Assembly: GCA_035288845.1 (NCBI GenBank)
Contig: DATDZB010000005.1
Location: 1-55,223, forward strand
Direction: 5' to 3'
DNA length: 55,223 nt
DNA from: Candidatus Nanoarchaeia archaeon
GTDB lineage: Archaea; Nanobdellota; Nanobdellia; SCGC-AAA011-G17; GW2011-AR18
In this document: in pieces, positions 1 to 7,846 of the stretch
Position numbering within the stretch: the first letter of the stretch is position 1
How the letters are laid out: each line of letters opens with the position of its first letter
The notes under the pieces: generated by a model
Database searches by the model: none
The model's input: the letters and a program-made list of their open reading frames with translations, nothing else
Told to the model about the DNA's origin: nothing
Made by a program: the position numbers and the translations under genes

Positions 1-114
1 TGCAGCAGCTATTCTTTTAGCTACTTTTAAAGATTTTCCTTGTTTTCTTACAGATCTTTTAATTTTCTCATATTGTCTCTTTCTTTTCTCACTGGTTACA
101 CCTCTTGGCGGCAT
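1..114 (-). CDS. Small basic protein, partial (runs off left edge)
   Basis: Hand translation MPPRGVTSEKRKRQYEKIKRSVRKQGKSLKVAKRIAAA; AAGGAGG RBS just upstream; resembles the bacterial KRERQYEHIK...IAAAT small-protein family. Confidence 0.6.
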   Translation of the reverse strand, partial: MPPRGVTSEKRKRQYEKIKRSVRKQGKSLKVAKRIAAA

Positions 115-311
115 AATTCCTCCTTAAAGATAATTAAACAACAGCATTAATAATCCTGAAATTATAAAATACAAACCAACAATTAATCTTAAGAAATTTG
201 GAAATGCTAAAACAAGTATTCCAAACAAGATTGTTACCATTGCAATAATAGTTACAGATAATATCATAAAAATTAATTGATTTAGTTATTAATAAGTTTA
301 ATGTATAGATT

Positions 312-671
312 TTATAGTTTACAATCACTGCAAACACCAGTTAGTTCAATTTGAAAATGACAAACTTCATCTACAAAATCACTAAGAAAATCAGCATTCT
401 TAATTTTAATATGTTTTACTTTACCGCATTTTTCACAAGTAAAATGAGCATGATTAGTTGTAGAATTAGAATAAATCTTTTTATTATCGCAAATAAAATG
501 ATGTATATTCCCATCTTTCTCTAAATTATTAAGAAATCTATAAACAGTAGCTAAACTTATTTTTTTATTTTTCTTAGCTATTTTAGTATGAAATTCATAC
601 GCATCAAAAAAAGAATTAAAACTTTTAACTTGTTCATACAAAAGTTTTTTCTGATTAGTCATTCTTCGCAT
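312..671 (-). CDS. fur: Fur-family metalloregulator, probably Zur-like
   Basis: ISLATVYRFLNNLEKDG wHTH, HAHFTCEKCG and C-terminal CSDC motifs; start reset to MRRMT (671); divergent from a ZIP transporter. Confidence 0.9.
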   Translation of the reverse strand: MRRMTNQKKLLYEQVKSFNSFFDAYEFHTKIAKKNKKISLATVYRFLNNLEKDGNIHHFICDNKKIYSNSTTNHAHFTCEKCGKVKHIKIKNADFLSDFVDEVCHFQIELTGVCSDCKL

Positions 672-702
672 AATAAAAAAATAGAGAAAAAGTATATAAA
701 AC

Positions 703-725
703 TTATTGAGAATGGTTATCAATAA
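703..725. promoter_or_regulatory. Putative Fur/Zur operator between divergent promoters
   Basis: TTATTGAGAATGGTTATCAATAA, a 10-3-10 inverted repeat with 1 mismatch; core TGAGAAT-G-GTTATCA matches the 7-1-7 Fur box TGATAATnATTATCA at 12/14; TATA-like boxes at 692-701 (-) and 729-736 (+). Confidence 0.62.
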
Positions 726-756
726 AGCTTATAAATAAAATAAAGTTAAATATTGT

Positions 757-1506
757 ATGGAATTAGCAACTATTTGGCTTTATAGCTTAATAAGCACATT
801 AATTGTAAGTTTAATTTCTTTAGTAGGAGTAATAACTTTATCTATAAAAACTAAAAATTTACAAAGATATTTATTATATTTAGTAAGCTTCTCAGCAGGT
901 GCATTATTAGGAGATGCATTTTTACATTTATTACCAGAAACAATAGAAGAGTTTGGTTTAACACTAGAAATATCTTTAGCAATATTAACAGGAATAATAA
1001 TTTTCTTCATAATTGAAAAAGTAATACATTGGAGACATTGTCATGTAGAAGAGGAACATCATCATCCATTTGCAATAACAAATTTAATTGGAGATATAGT
1101 ACATAACTTTTTAGATGGAATAATAATTGGTGCTTCTTATCTAGTAAGTATACCAGCAGGAATGGCAACAACAGTAGCAGTTATTCTTCATGAAATACCT
1201 CAAGAAATTGGAGATTTTGCAGTTTTATTACATGGAGGATTCACAAAAAATAAAGCATTATTAATGAATTTTTTAACAGCATTATCAGCAGTTCTTGGAG
1301 TAGTAATTGTATTAATCGCAAGTAATTATATTGGAAGTTTAACAAAATATTTAGTTCCTATTGCAGCAGGCGGATTTATTTATATTGCTGGTGCAGATTT
1401 AATTCCAGAATTACATAAAGAAGTAAAAATATCAAGTTCATTAATACAATTAATTTCATTTGTTATTGGAATTTTAGTAATGGTTTCTCTATTATTTTTA
1501 GAATAA
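757..1506 (+). CDS. zupT: ZIP-family zinc/divalent metal transporter
   Basis: Multi-TM; HLLPE, His-rich loop HWRHCHVEEEHHH, HNFLDG and HEIPQEIGD motifs. Confidence 0.92.
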   Translation: MELATIWLYSLISTLIVSLISLVGVITLSIKTKNLQRYLLYLVSFSAGALLGDAFLHLLPETIEEFGLTLEISLAILTGIIIFFIIEKVIHWRHCHVEEEHHHPFAITNLIGDIVHNFLDGIIIGASYLVSIPAGMATTVAVILHEIPQEIGDFAVLLHGGFTKNKALLMNFLTALSAVLGVVIVLIASNYIGSLTKYLVPIAAGGFIYIAGADLIPELHKEVKISSSLIQLISFVIGILVMVSLLFLE

Positions 1507-2091
1507 TTATTTTTCCCAGTGCATTAAAGCTCTTTGATAATAAAGAACTTGTTTTCTTTCTTTACTAGTTAAAGATTCTATATCTAAATCACATAATCTA
1601 AAACCAGTATCTGAAAAACCTCTTTCTTCATAAAATGCAGATTCTCTTGGATCAGCAACTAATTGCAAAGCTCCATATCTATTTTGTAAATGATCAAGAA
1701 AAGCACTTCTATGATCTTGTCCATCAAGAGATTCAACATCATCAAAAAAAGCATAATCTCCAAGAAAACTATTTCTATAACGAAGAAAAATTGAAGCTAA
1801 TTCTACTTCATTTCCTTTTAAATCTACAAAATCATCACATCCATTAGAATAAATTAAACTATTAAAAAAACTAGAAAGATCTGCACGTTTAGGCGAATAA
1901 TGAACTGAATAAGCTTGTACAATATTATCACCAACTACAAGAATTCTAGGATGAGGAAAAATAAAAGTATGGTCTGTTACGTCAACCAAACCACTGTCTC
2001 TAACTCTAGAATTTAAGGCTAATTTATTACGAGCTGAAATAAGAGAACTTAACGTAGAACTATTTAACTCATCCAAACCAAATCTACCCAT
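1507..2091 (-). CDS. Hypothetical protein with degenerate GNAT-like C-terminus
   Basis: LVADPRESAFYEERGFSDTG resembles the GNAT FY..xGF motif; acetyl-CoA loop degenerate (DGQDHRSAFL). Confidence 0.45.
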   Translation of the reverse strand: MGRFGLDELNSSTLSSLISARNKLALNSRVRDSGLVDVTDHTFIFPHPRILVVGDNIVQAYSVHYSPKRADLSSFFNSLIYSNGCDDFVDLKGNEVELASIFLRYRNSFLGDYAFFDDVESLDGQDHRSAFLDHLQNRYGALQLVADPRESAFYEERGFSDTGFRLCDLDIESLTSKERKQVLYYQRALMHWEK

Positions 2092-2137
2092 GCTATTTTA
2101 GTATGCGAAAGCCTTTTAAAATTTTATATACCACTGT

Positions 2138-2541
2138 ATAATGTAGGTAAAGTACTTAACCAACGCACCCAATCAAGTTTTAGTTCTGAAAAACTAAATT
2201 TTGAGGGTTGTGAGGAAAGTCCGTCCACTACCGTAAAAGGTCTCTTAAGAGGATTACTTACTAAGTAAGTTCCAGTAATGGAAGGAAACCTTAAAGAAAC
2301 GGCACGCCCCATAAGATTGGAATGATTCAGTGAGGGTTTTGGTGACAAAACTTAGATAACCTGTTGACGTCCTTATGGGAAACGATGAAACGAAGGACCT
2401 GATCAGTGCAAGTTTACGAAACACAGGAATCAAACCTGGTTTTTACAACGCTTAGTAGAATGTTAAGACAAAGCATCGCGAGAAATTCAATGTTTTTCGT
2501 TTGGCTTTGACAAAAGACGGCTTACACTTTACCTACATTAT
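2138..2541 (+). ncRNA. rnpB: RNase P RNA, archaeal type A-like
   Basis: GAGGAAAGTCC (2212-2222) and ACAAAAGACGGCTTAC (2510-2525) conserved regions; perfect 16-bp P1 (2138-2153/2526-2541); P12 CCCATAAG/CTTATGGG followed by GAAAC..GAAAC; CGCTTAGTAGAATG motif. Confidence 0.93.
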
Positions 2542-2584
2542 TTTCTTAGAAAAAATAATAAATACTTAAAATAAATTTAATACT

Positions 2585-2956
2585 ATGGGTAAAATTCCAA
2601 GAAAAATTCTTAGTAATAAAATAAAAGGTTATATTGTAATAAAAAACTGGGGTGTTTTTCCATTCGAAGATGAACAAGATAAAGAAATTTTAAAAAGATT
2701 AGGAAAAGAATATTTAGAAAACGAAGGGACAAAATATATGGCTAGAAAAAATAATTTTCCAATTTTAAATATAAGGTTAGCTCGAGTTGTTGATAAATCA
2801 CTAGGAGATAGTTTAGGAGACGATTTATTAGATATTTTAAGAGATCATATACTCGAAAACTTACCATATTTAGAAGAAAAAATAATAAAAGATCTTAAAA
2901 AGTTAAGAGAAAAAAGCGGAAAAGACATTATTTCTATAAAAGTAGAAGATATCTAA
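2585..2956 (+). CDS. Hypothetical protein
   Basis: 123-aa ORF with host-like codon use; no recognised motif. Confidence 0.6.
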   Translation: MGKIPRKILSNKIKGYIVIKNWGVFPFEDEQDKEILKRLGKEYLENEGTKYMARKNNFPILNIRLARVVDKSLGDSLGDDLLDILRDHILENLPYLEEKIIKDLKKLREKSGKDIISIKVEDI

Positions 2957-3108
2957 ACAAATAAATGTAAATAAATTCCAACAACAATTACAACACCTAT
3001 AGCAACAAGAACATACATTGGCGGAATTTCTAAAGCGCCTTTAATTTCATCAGAATAATTTATTAATCCGCCTCCAGAAGAAGGCATTCTTATACCACTA
3101 TCAGCCAT
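2953..3108 (-). CDS. secG: Preprotein translocase subunit Sec61-beta (archaeal SecG)
   Basis: Hand translation, 51 aa: MADSGIRMPSSGGGLINYSDEIKGALEIPPMYVLVAIGVVIVVGIYLHLFV; MPxSxGGL..Y motif plus one C-terminal TM helix. Confidence 0.85.
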   Translation of the reverse strand: MADSGIRMPSSGGGLINYSDEIKGALEIPPMYVLVAIGVVIVVGIYLHLFV

Positions 3109-3196
3109 AAAATAAGGATATAAAACAACTATATAAAATTAACTTAACAGCTCAGTTTAAAGATAAATTTATATACAAAAAACAAAACTCTTAAAT

Positions 3197-4012
3197 ATGA
3201 ATAGCGAAAAAGCTACAGAAAAATTCTTCACCCATGGAATAGAGCGTTACGGTACTTTTCATGGAAACTATTTAAACTTTGGTCTATGGGAAAACAACAT
3301 AACTAATTATATAAAAGCTGCTGAAAATATGATAAGCAGAGTAGCTTCAAAAATAAAACTCAATAAAAATTCAATTCTATTAGATGTTGCTTGCGGAATG
3401 GGATCTCAAGACCTATTTATAATAAAAACATTTAATTGTAAAAGAATAAATGCAATAGATTTAACTACTAAACATATTGCTATTGCAAAAGAAAGAAATA
3501 CTTTCCCAAATATTACTTATCAAGTAGGAAATGCTTGTGCTATCCCTTACAAAAAAGAAACATTCACCCACGTTACAGGTATAGAAGGACCAGTCAATTT
3601 TAACACTCGTGAAAAATTCTTCCAAGAAGCATACAGGGTCCTCAAACCTAAAGGAAAACTTGGAATCAGCGATTTTACCTTGAAAAGAAAACCAAAAAAT
3701 AAACTAGAATTAGTTTTAGTTAAATTCTGCACTTGGCTGTGGCATATTCCATGGGATAATGTCGATACTAAAGAAACTTATAAACATAAATTAGAAAGAA
3801 ATGGATTTATAAAAGTAGAAATTGAAGACGTCAGCAGCTTTGCATATCCTGGATACTACAATGAACAAGCTAAACTAGAAACAAGAAAAGCTTTGTATAA
3901 TATACGTGGTCAAGTTATTGGAAGAATAAGTTTTTTCATTGACTGGGTAACTTATGTTCTATATAAAAAAGGATTAATTGGATACATTCTTGTCTCTGCT
4001 GAAAAGAAATAA
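3197..4012 (+). CDS. Class I SAM-dependent methyltransferase (small-molecule MT-like)
   Basis: YLNFGLW N-terminal motif, LLDVACGMG SAM motif I, FQEAYRVLKPKGKL. Confidence 0.88.
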   Translation: MNSEKATEKFFTHGIERYGTFHGNYLNFGLWENNITNYIKAAENMISRVASKIKLNKNSILLDVACGMGSQDLFIIKTFNCKRINAIDLTTKHIAIAKERNTFPNITYQVGNACAIPYKKETFTHVTGIEGPVNFNTREKFFQEAYRVLKPKGKLGISDFTLKRKPKNKLELVLVKFCTWLWHIPWDNVDTKETYKHKLERNGFIKVEIEDVSSFAYPGYYNEQAKLETRKALYNIRGQVIGRISFFIDWVTYVLYKKGLIGYILVSAEKK

Positions 4013-4071
4013 TTCCTTCTGTACTTTAAATTTGGCAAATATTTAAATAGAATATTACTAAAATAGCCTTA

Positions 4072-4323
4072 ATGACAAAAAAAGAAATCGCTGCTGGAAT
4101 AATACATAAAGTACCAAAAGATTTAGAAAAAGCAATTGTCTCTTCTCAGAAAACTCTAGATGCTTGGAATGATCTTACATCTCTTGGACGTAATGAATGG
4201 ATTTGTTGGACTACCTCAGTCAAGAAACCTGAGACAAGAAAAGAACATATCGAAAGAGTATGTGCCGAAATAACAAAAGGAAAACGTAGACCTTGTTGCT
4301 GGTCTGGCTGTCCTCATCGTTAA
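4072..4323 (+). CDS. YdeI/OmpD-associated family protein
   Basis: VPKDL..A...W..LT..GRNEWICW...KKPETR pattern; ends RPCCWSGCPHR. Confidence 0.8.
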   Translation: MTKKEIAAGIIHKVPKDLEKAIVSSQKTLDAWNDLTSLGRNEWICWTTSVKKPETRKEHIERVCAEITKGKRRPCCWSGCPHR

Positions 4324-4329
4324 AATAAA

Positions 4330-4458
4330 TTAATTTTGTTTCTTTCCACACCAAGGACAAAACCATTCTTGCGTTTCAGGTGCATCTCCAATACTCCACC
4401 ATTTATTACAAAATTCACAAATAAAATGAAATAAATTCTCATGAGATTTTTTAACCAT
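4330..4458 (-). CDS. Micro zinc-finger protein (42 aa)
   Basis: Hand translation MVKKSHENLFHFICEFCNKWWSIGDAPETQEWFCPWCGKKQN; two CxxC pairs; start directly abuts the NUDIX stop. Confidence 0.7.
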   Translation of the reverse strand: MVKKSHENLFHFICEFCNKWWSIGDAPETQEWFCPWCGKKQN

Positions 4459-4932
4459 TTAAATCTCATCCACTTTTAAGCTAATTAAATTCTTGTAATC
4501 ATCATATTTTGCATGTGCATGAAATTTTTTGTCCTGAAAAAGTAAAGGAAGAAGTTTTTTATCTGCTTCAGGCATTTCTAAATTTTGAGTTTCATTTTCA
4601 TCAACCCAAACTAATTTACCTTCTGGCGAGTTTTCCATCAACTCTCCTTCGAATCCTTCAGAAATAAAAATATGAGCTTCCCAATCAACATCAGAAGGCC
4701 TTGAAAAAGTAACTACTCCCTTCCATATTGGATTAATATTAATACCTGCTTCCTCTTTAACTTCTCTAATTACACAATCAATAGGACTTTCTCCTTGTTC
4801 TGCTTTTCCTCCAAGTCCTCTAAAAAATTGTTTATTATTCAATCCTTCTTTTTTATTTCTATGTAAAAAAAGTATCTTTCCTTTATCTCGAACATAACAA
4901 CAAGTAGAAATTATTTTAGCATATTTTTCCAT
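4459..4932 (-). CDS. NUDIX hydrolase (MutT/MTH1-like)
   Basis: Nudix box GGKAEQGESPIDCVIREVKEEAGI. Confidence 0.9.
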   Translation of the reverse strand: MEKYAKIISTCCYVRDKGKILFLHRNKKEGLNNKQFFRGLGGKAEQGESPIDCVIREVKEEAGININPIWKGVVTFSRPSDVDWEAHIFISEGFEGELMENSPEGKLVWVDENETQNLEMPEADKKLLPLLFQDKKFHAHAKYDDYKNLISLKVDEI

Positions 4933-5078
4933 GCAATTTACTAAGTATTATTATTTATATAATTTTTCTAAATAACATTTAGTAACTAAAAATTAAATTT
5001 AATAACATATTATTCGAAAATCCTTCAAAAATTTCTAACAAATTCATTTAAAGAATAATTAACTAATAGATAAAAGAG

Positions 5079-5429
5079 GTGATTAATATTATTGAAATAA
5101 GTTTACATCTATATGGAAAACCAAGTTGGGATTTAGATATTGAAGGTAAAAGCTACATTGATCCACTTATATTTAAAAAACATGCAGATCATATGAGAGA
5201 TCACTTATATTTTATAGGTGAAGTACTAGAAAAATTACAAGAAAATAATTGGAAGGTAGCTGAATCTTATGGTGCAATATATGCATTAAGCGTGTATAAA
5301 GAAGGTGTTGATACTAAAGAAGATGCAGAAAAAGAATTAATTAAAATTGGAATAGATCCAGAAGAAATAGACATTATGGAGCTAGAAGATGAAGACGATG
5401 ACGACGACACGACAGACCTGTACGCGTAA
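5079..5429 (+). CDS. Hypothetical acidic protein
   Basis: 116-aa ORF with D-rich tail; start uncertain because the GTG lies inside an RBS-like GAGGTGA. Confidence 0.6.
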   Translation: MINIIEISLHLYGKPSWDLDIEGKSYIDPLIFKKHADHMRDHLYFIGEVLEKLQENNWKVAESYGAIYALSVYKEGVDTKEDAEKELIKIGIDPEEIDIMELEDEDDDDDTTDLYA

Positions 5430-5514
5430 GAGTTTTTAAATAAACTTTCTTATTTTTAATATGAAAAATAAAGAATTATGAATTTATTGAGAAAGATTTA
5501 AATACTTATTTACC

Positions 5515-5531
5515 TTATTTAAGTTAAATAA
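5515..5531. promoter_or_regulatory. Putative antitoxin operator
   Basis: Perfect 8-1-8 palindrome TTATTTAA-G-TTAAATAA between a TATA-like box (5497-5504) and RBS GGAGGT (5536-5541). Confidence 0.45.
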
Positions 5532-5547
5532 ATGTGGAGGTAAGTAA

Positions 5548-5772
5548 ATGGTTAATATGACTTTAGCATTGCCAGAAGATATTCATAGTAAAATGAAGCA
5601 TTTTTCTGAAATTAAATGGACAGAAGTAGCTAGAAAAGCAATTGAAAATAAATTGAAAGATTTAGAAGTATTAGAAAAAATAGCTTCTAAAAGTAAGTTA
5701 ACACAAAAAGACATGGAAGAACTTGGAAAGAAAATTAAGATGGCAGCTTCAAAGAGATTTATGGAACAATGA
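5548..5772 (+). CDS. vapB: Ribbon-helix-helix-type antitoxin (VapB-like)
   Basis: MVNMTLALPEDIH..MK....IKWTEVARKAI pattern; overlaps the PIN gene by 4 nt. Confidence 0.75.
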   Translation: MVNMTLALPEDIHSKMKHFSEIKWTEVARKAIENKLKDLEVLEKIASKSKLTQKDMEELGKKIKMAASKRFMEQ

Positions 5773-6182
5773 CTATTGTTGTAGATTCGAATATTATATT
5801 TGCTGCCCTAATTAAAGATTCAACAGTAAGAAAAATAATTTATCAGATAAATAATAGTTTTGTAATACCTGAAATAGTATTGGAAGAAATAAGAAACTAT
5901 AAAAAAGAAATTTTAGAAAAATCAGGATTATCTGAAAAATATTTTGAAGAAGCTTTAGGTCTAATACTAAAATGTATTAGAATTATTCCAAATGAACAAA
6001 TTCATAATTATAAAACCGAGGCTTGGAATTTAATAAAAGATCATTCTCCTGAAGACGTTATGTTTATTGCTTGTGCCTTAGCTTTTGAGGATAGCATTTT
6101 ATGGTCTGATGATAAAAAGTTAAAGAGACAAAATAAAATTAAAGTATTAAACACTTCTGAATTGATCAAGACATTTCAGTAG
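5769..6182 (+). CDS. vapC: PIN-domain toxin (VapC-like)
   Basis: VVDSNIIFAAL, conserved E, EDVMFIACAL and LWSDDK acidic PIN residues. Confidence 0.88.
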   Translation: MTIVVDSNIIFAALIKDSTVRKIIYQINNSFVIPEIVLEEIRNYKKEILEKSGLSEKYFEEALGLILKCIRIIPNEQIHNYKTEAWNLIKDHSPEDVMFIACALAFEDSILWSDDKKLKRQNKIKVLNTSELIKTFQ

Positions 6183-6239
6183 AAGATTTTTATTCAAGAA
6201 TATTTAAAATAAATTATATGGTAGAAAATATATATTCCA

Positions 6240-6638
6240 TCATACACGACGCCCACGCTTACCCCCTTTTTTACGACAGCTATCTGTAGGGAAAGTTGTT
6301 ACATCTTCAATAACACCAATTCTAAATCCTAATCTACTTAATGCTCTAACAGCAGCATTTGCACCAGGTCCTGTACTACTTGGTCCATTATGTCCACCAG
6401 GAGCTCTAACTTTAATATGTAAAGCATTAATTCCTTTTTCTTTAGCTTGTTCAGCAGCAATCTTAGCAGCATTCATAGCAGCAGTAGGAGAACTTTCCAT
6501 TCTGTGAGCTTTAACAACCATACCACCAGAAGCTTTTCCTAAAGTTTCGCAGCCAGTAACATCTGTAATATGAATAATTGTATTATTATAACTAGAATAA
6601 ATATGCGCAATTCCCCATCTAGATTTTCCTTCAATCAT
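6240..6638 (-). CDS. rps11: 30S ribosomal protein uS11
   Basis: [18 protein letters not shown]; [11 protein letters not shown]; [21 protein letters not shown]. Confidence 0.98.
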   Translation of the reverse strand: MIEGKSRWGIAHIYSSYNNTIIHITDVTGCETLGKASGGMVVKAHRMESSPTAAMNAAKIAAEQAKEKGINALHIKVRAPGGHNGPSSTGPGANAAVRALSRLGFRIGVIEDVTTFPTDSCRKKGGKRGRRV

Positions 6639-7282
6639 ACTTCAACCCTTCCAACTTCTTTTTCAATTTTATCAAGTTCAGCTTCACTTATACCAATGTC
6701 AGCATCAGGTTCTGCATTTTCAATTTTCTTCTTAGCTTTATCTGCTTCCCTAACTTGAGTCTTCTTAACTCTTTCAGGATGTTGATCAGAATTCAAACTT
6801 GAATTTGCATTAAATGTAATTAAAGATTCTTCACTTCTATTAACATAATAAGAAGGAATTGTTATTTTTTTACCATTAACAAAAATATGACCATGTAAAA
6901 TAAATTGTCTTGCTTGTTTTGCAGTTAAGCATAAACCCATTTTGAAAACAATTGTTTGTAATCTTCTATTTAATAAATTTTTAATATCTAAAGCTAAAAC
7001 ATCTGCTAAAGAAGTTCCTTCAGCAATTAATGATAATTTATTTAATCTATCCAATAATTGTTTTTCTTCTAATTCTGCTTGAGGATTTCCTTTACTTTTT
7101 TCACGGATTAATTTTTTAACTTGCGTACTAATTCTTCTTAAATCAGATCTAATTTTCCAAATTTCTCTTTTATTTTTTAAACCATAATCTCTTTCTAGAA
7201 CTTTTTCTTCTTTTATTCTCCACAATTGCCATGGATGATCAGGACTTTTATATTTTCTTCTGGATTTTCTTGGATCTCCCAT
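6635..7282 (-). CDS. rps4: 30S ribosomal protein uS4
   Basis: Start reset to MGDPRK; [29 protein letters not shown]. Confidence 0.97.
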   Translation of the reverse strand: MGDPRKSRRKYKSPDHPWQLWRIKEEKVLERDYGLKNKREIWKIRSDLRRISTQVKKLIREKSKGNPQAELEEKQLLDRLNKLSLIAEGTSLADVLALDIKNLLNRRLQTIVFKMGLCLTAKQARQFILHGHIFVNGKKITIPSYYVNRSEESLITFNANSSLNSDQHPERVKKTQVREADKAKKKIENAEPDADIGISEAELDKIEKEVGRVEV

Positions 7283-7283
7283 T

Positions 7284-7802
7284 TTACTTTTTTCCTCCAG
7301 CAGCTTTACCAGATTTAGCAGGTGCAGCAGCTGGTTTTGCAGGAGCAGCTCCAACCTTTTGTTTCATAACACCAAGTGCTCTTCCATGTCTAAAGTGACT
7401 TCTTGTTCTTTGTCCTCTAGATGGTTGACCTAATGCATGTCTAATTCCTCTATAAGCTTTAATTTTCTTTAATTTTTTAATATCTAAATCAACAGTAAAA
7501 TTCCAATCAGAACCAGTTAAATGTTTAGTTTCTCCTGTTTCTATATCTAATCTTCTATTAAACATCCAATGTGGTAAAGATTCAGGTTTTTTCAAAATTT
7601 CTTCAATGCTTTTAGCATCTTGTTCAGTTAACAAACCTGCTTTTTTAGTCTTAGGAATATTTAAAGCAATACAAATAGCATTACTTAATGAAAATCCTAT
7701 ACCTTTAACTTTCAATAAAGCCATAGAAATTGGTTTACCACCTATTAAATCTGTATTTAAAACCCTGAAAAAAGGCTTTATCTGTTGTTTCTCTTCACTC
7801 AT
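7284..7802 (-). CDS. rps13: 30S ribosomal protein uS13
   Basis: LLKVKGIG, YRGIRHALGQPSRGQRTRS; S13-S4-S11 order. Confidence 0.97.
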   Translation of the reverse strand: MSEEKQQIKPFFRVLNTDLIGGKPISMALLKVKGIGFSLSNAICIALNIPKTKKAGLLTEQDAKSIEEILKKPESLPHWMFNRRLDIETGETKHLTGSDWNFTVDLDIKKLKKIKAYRGIRHALGQPSRGQRTRSHFRHGRALGVMKQKVGAAPAKPAAAPAKSGKAAGGKK

Positions 7803-7846
7803 AGAAAAACTGACTATAGCCTTATTTATAAATGTTTTTATCGAAT

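Noticed and set aside
2124-2348. 74-aa minus-strand ORF
   Set aside because: Antisense shadow of the RNase P RNA
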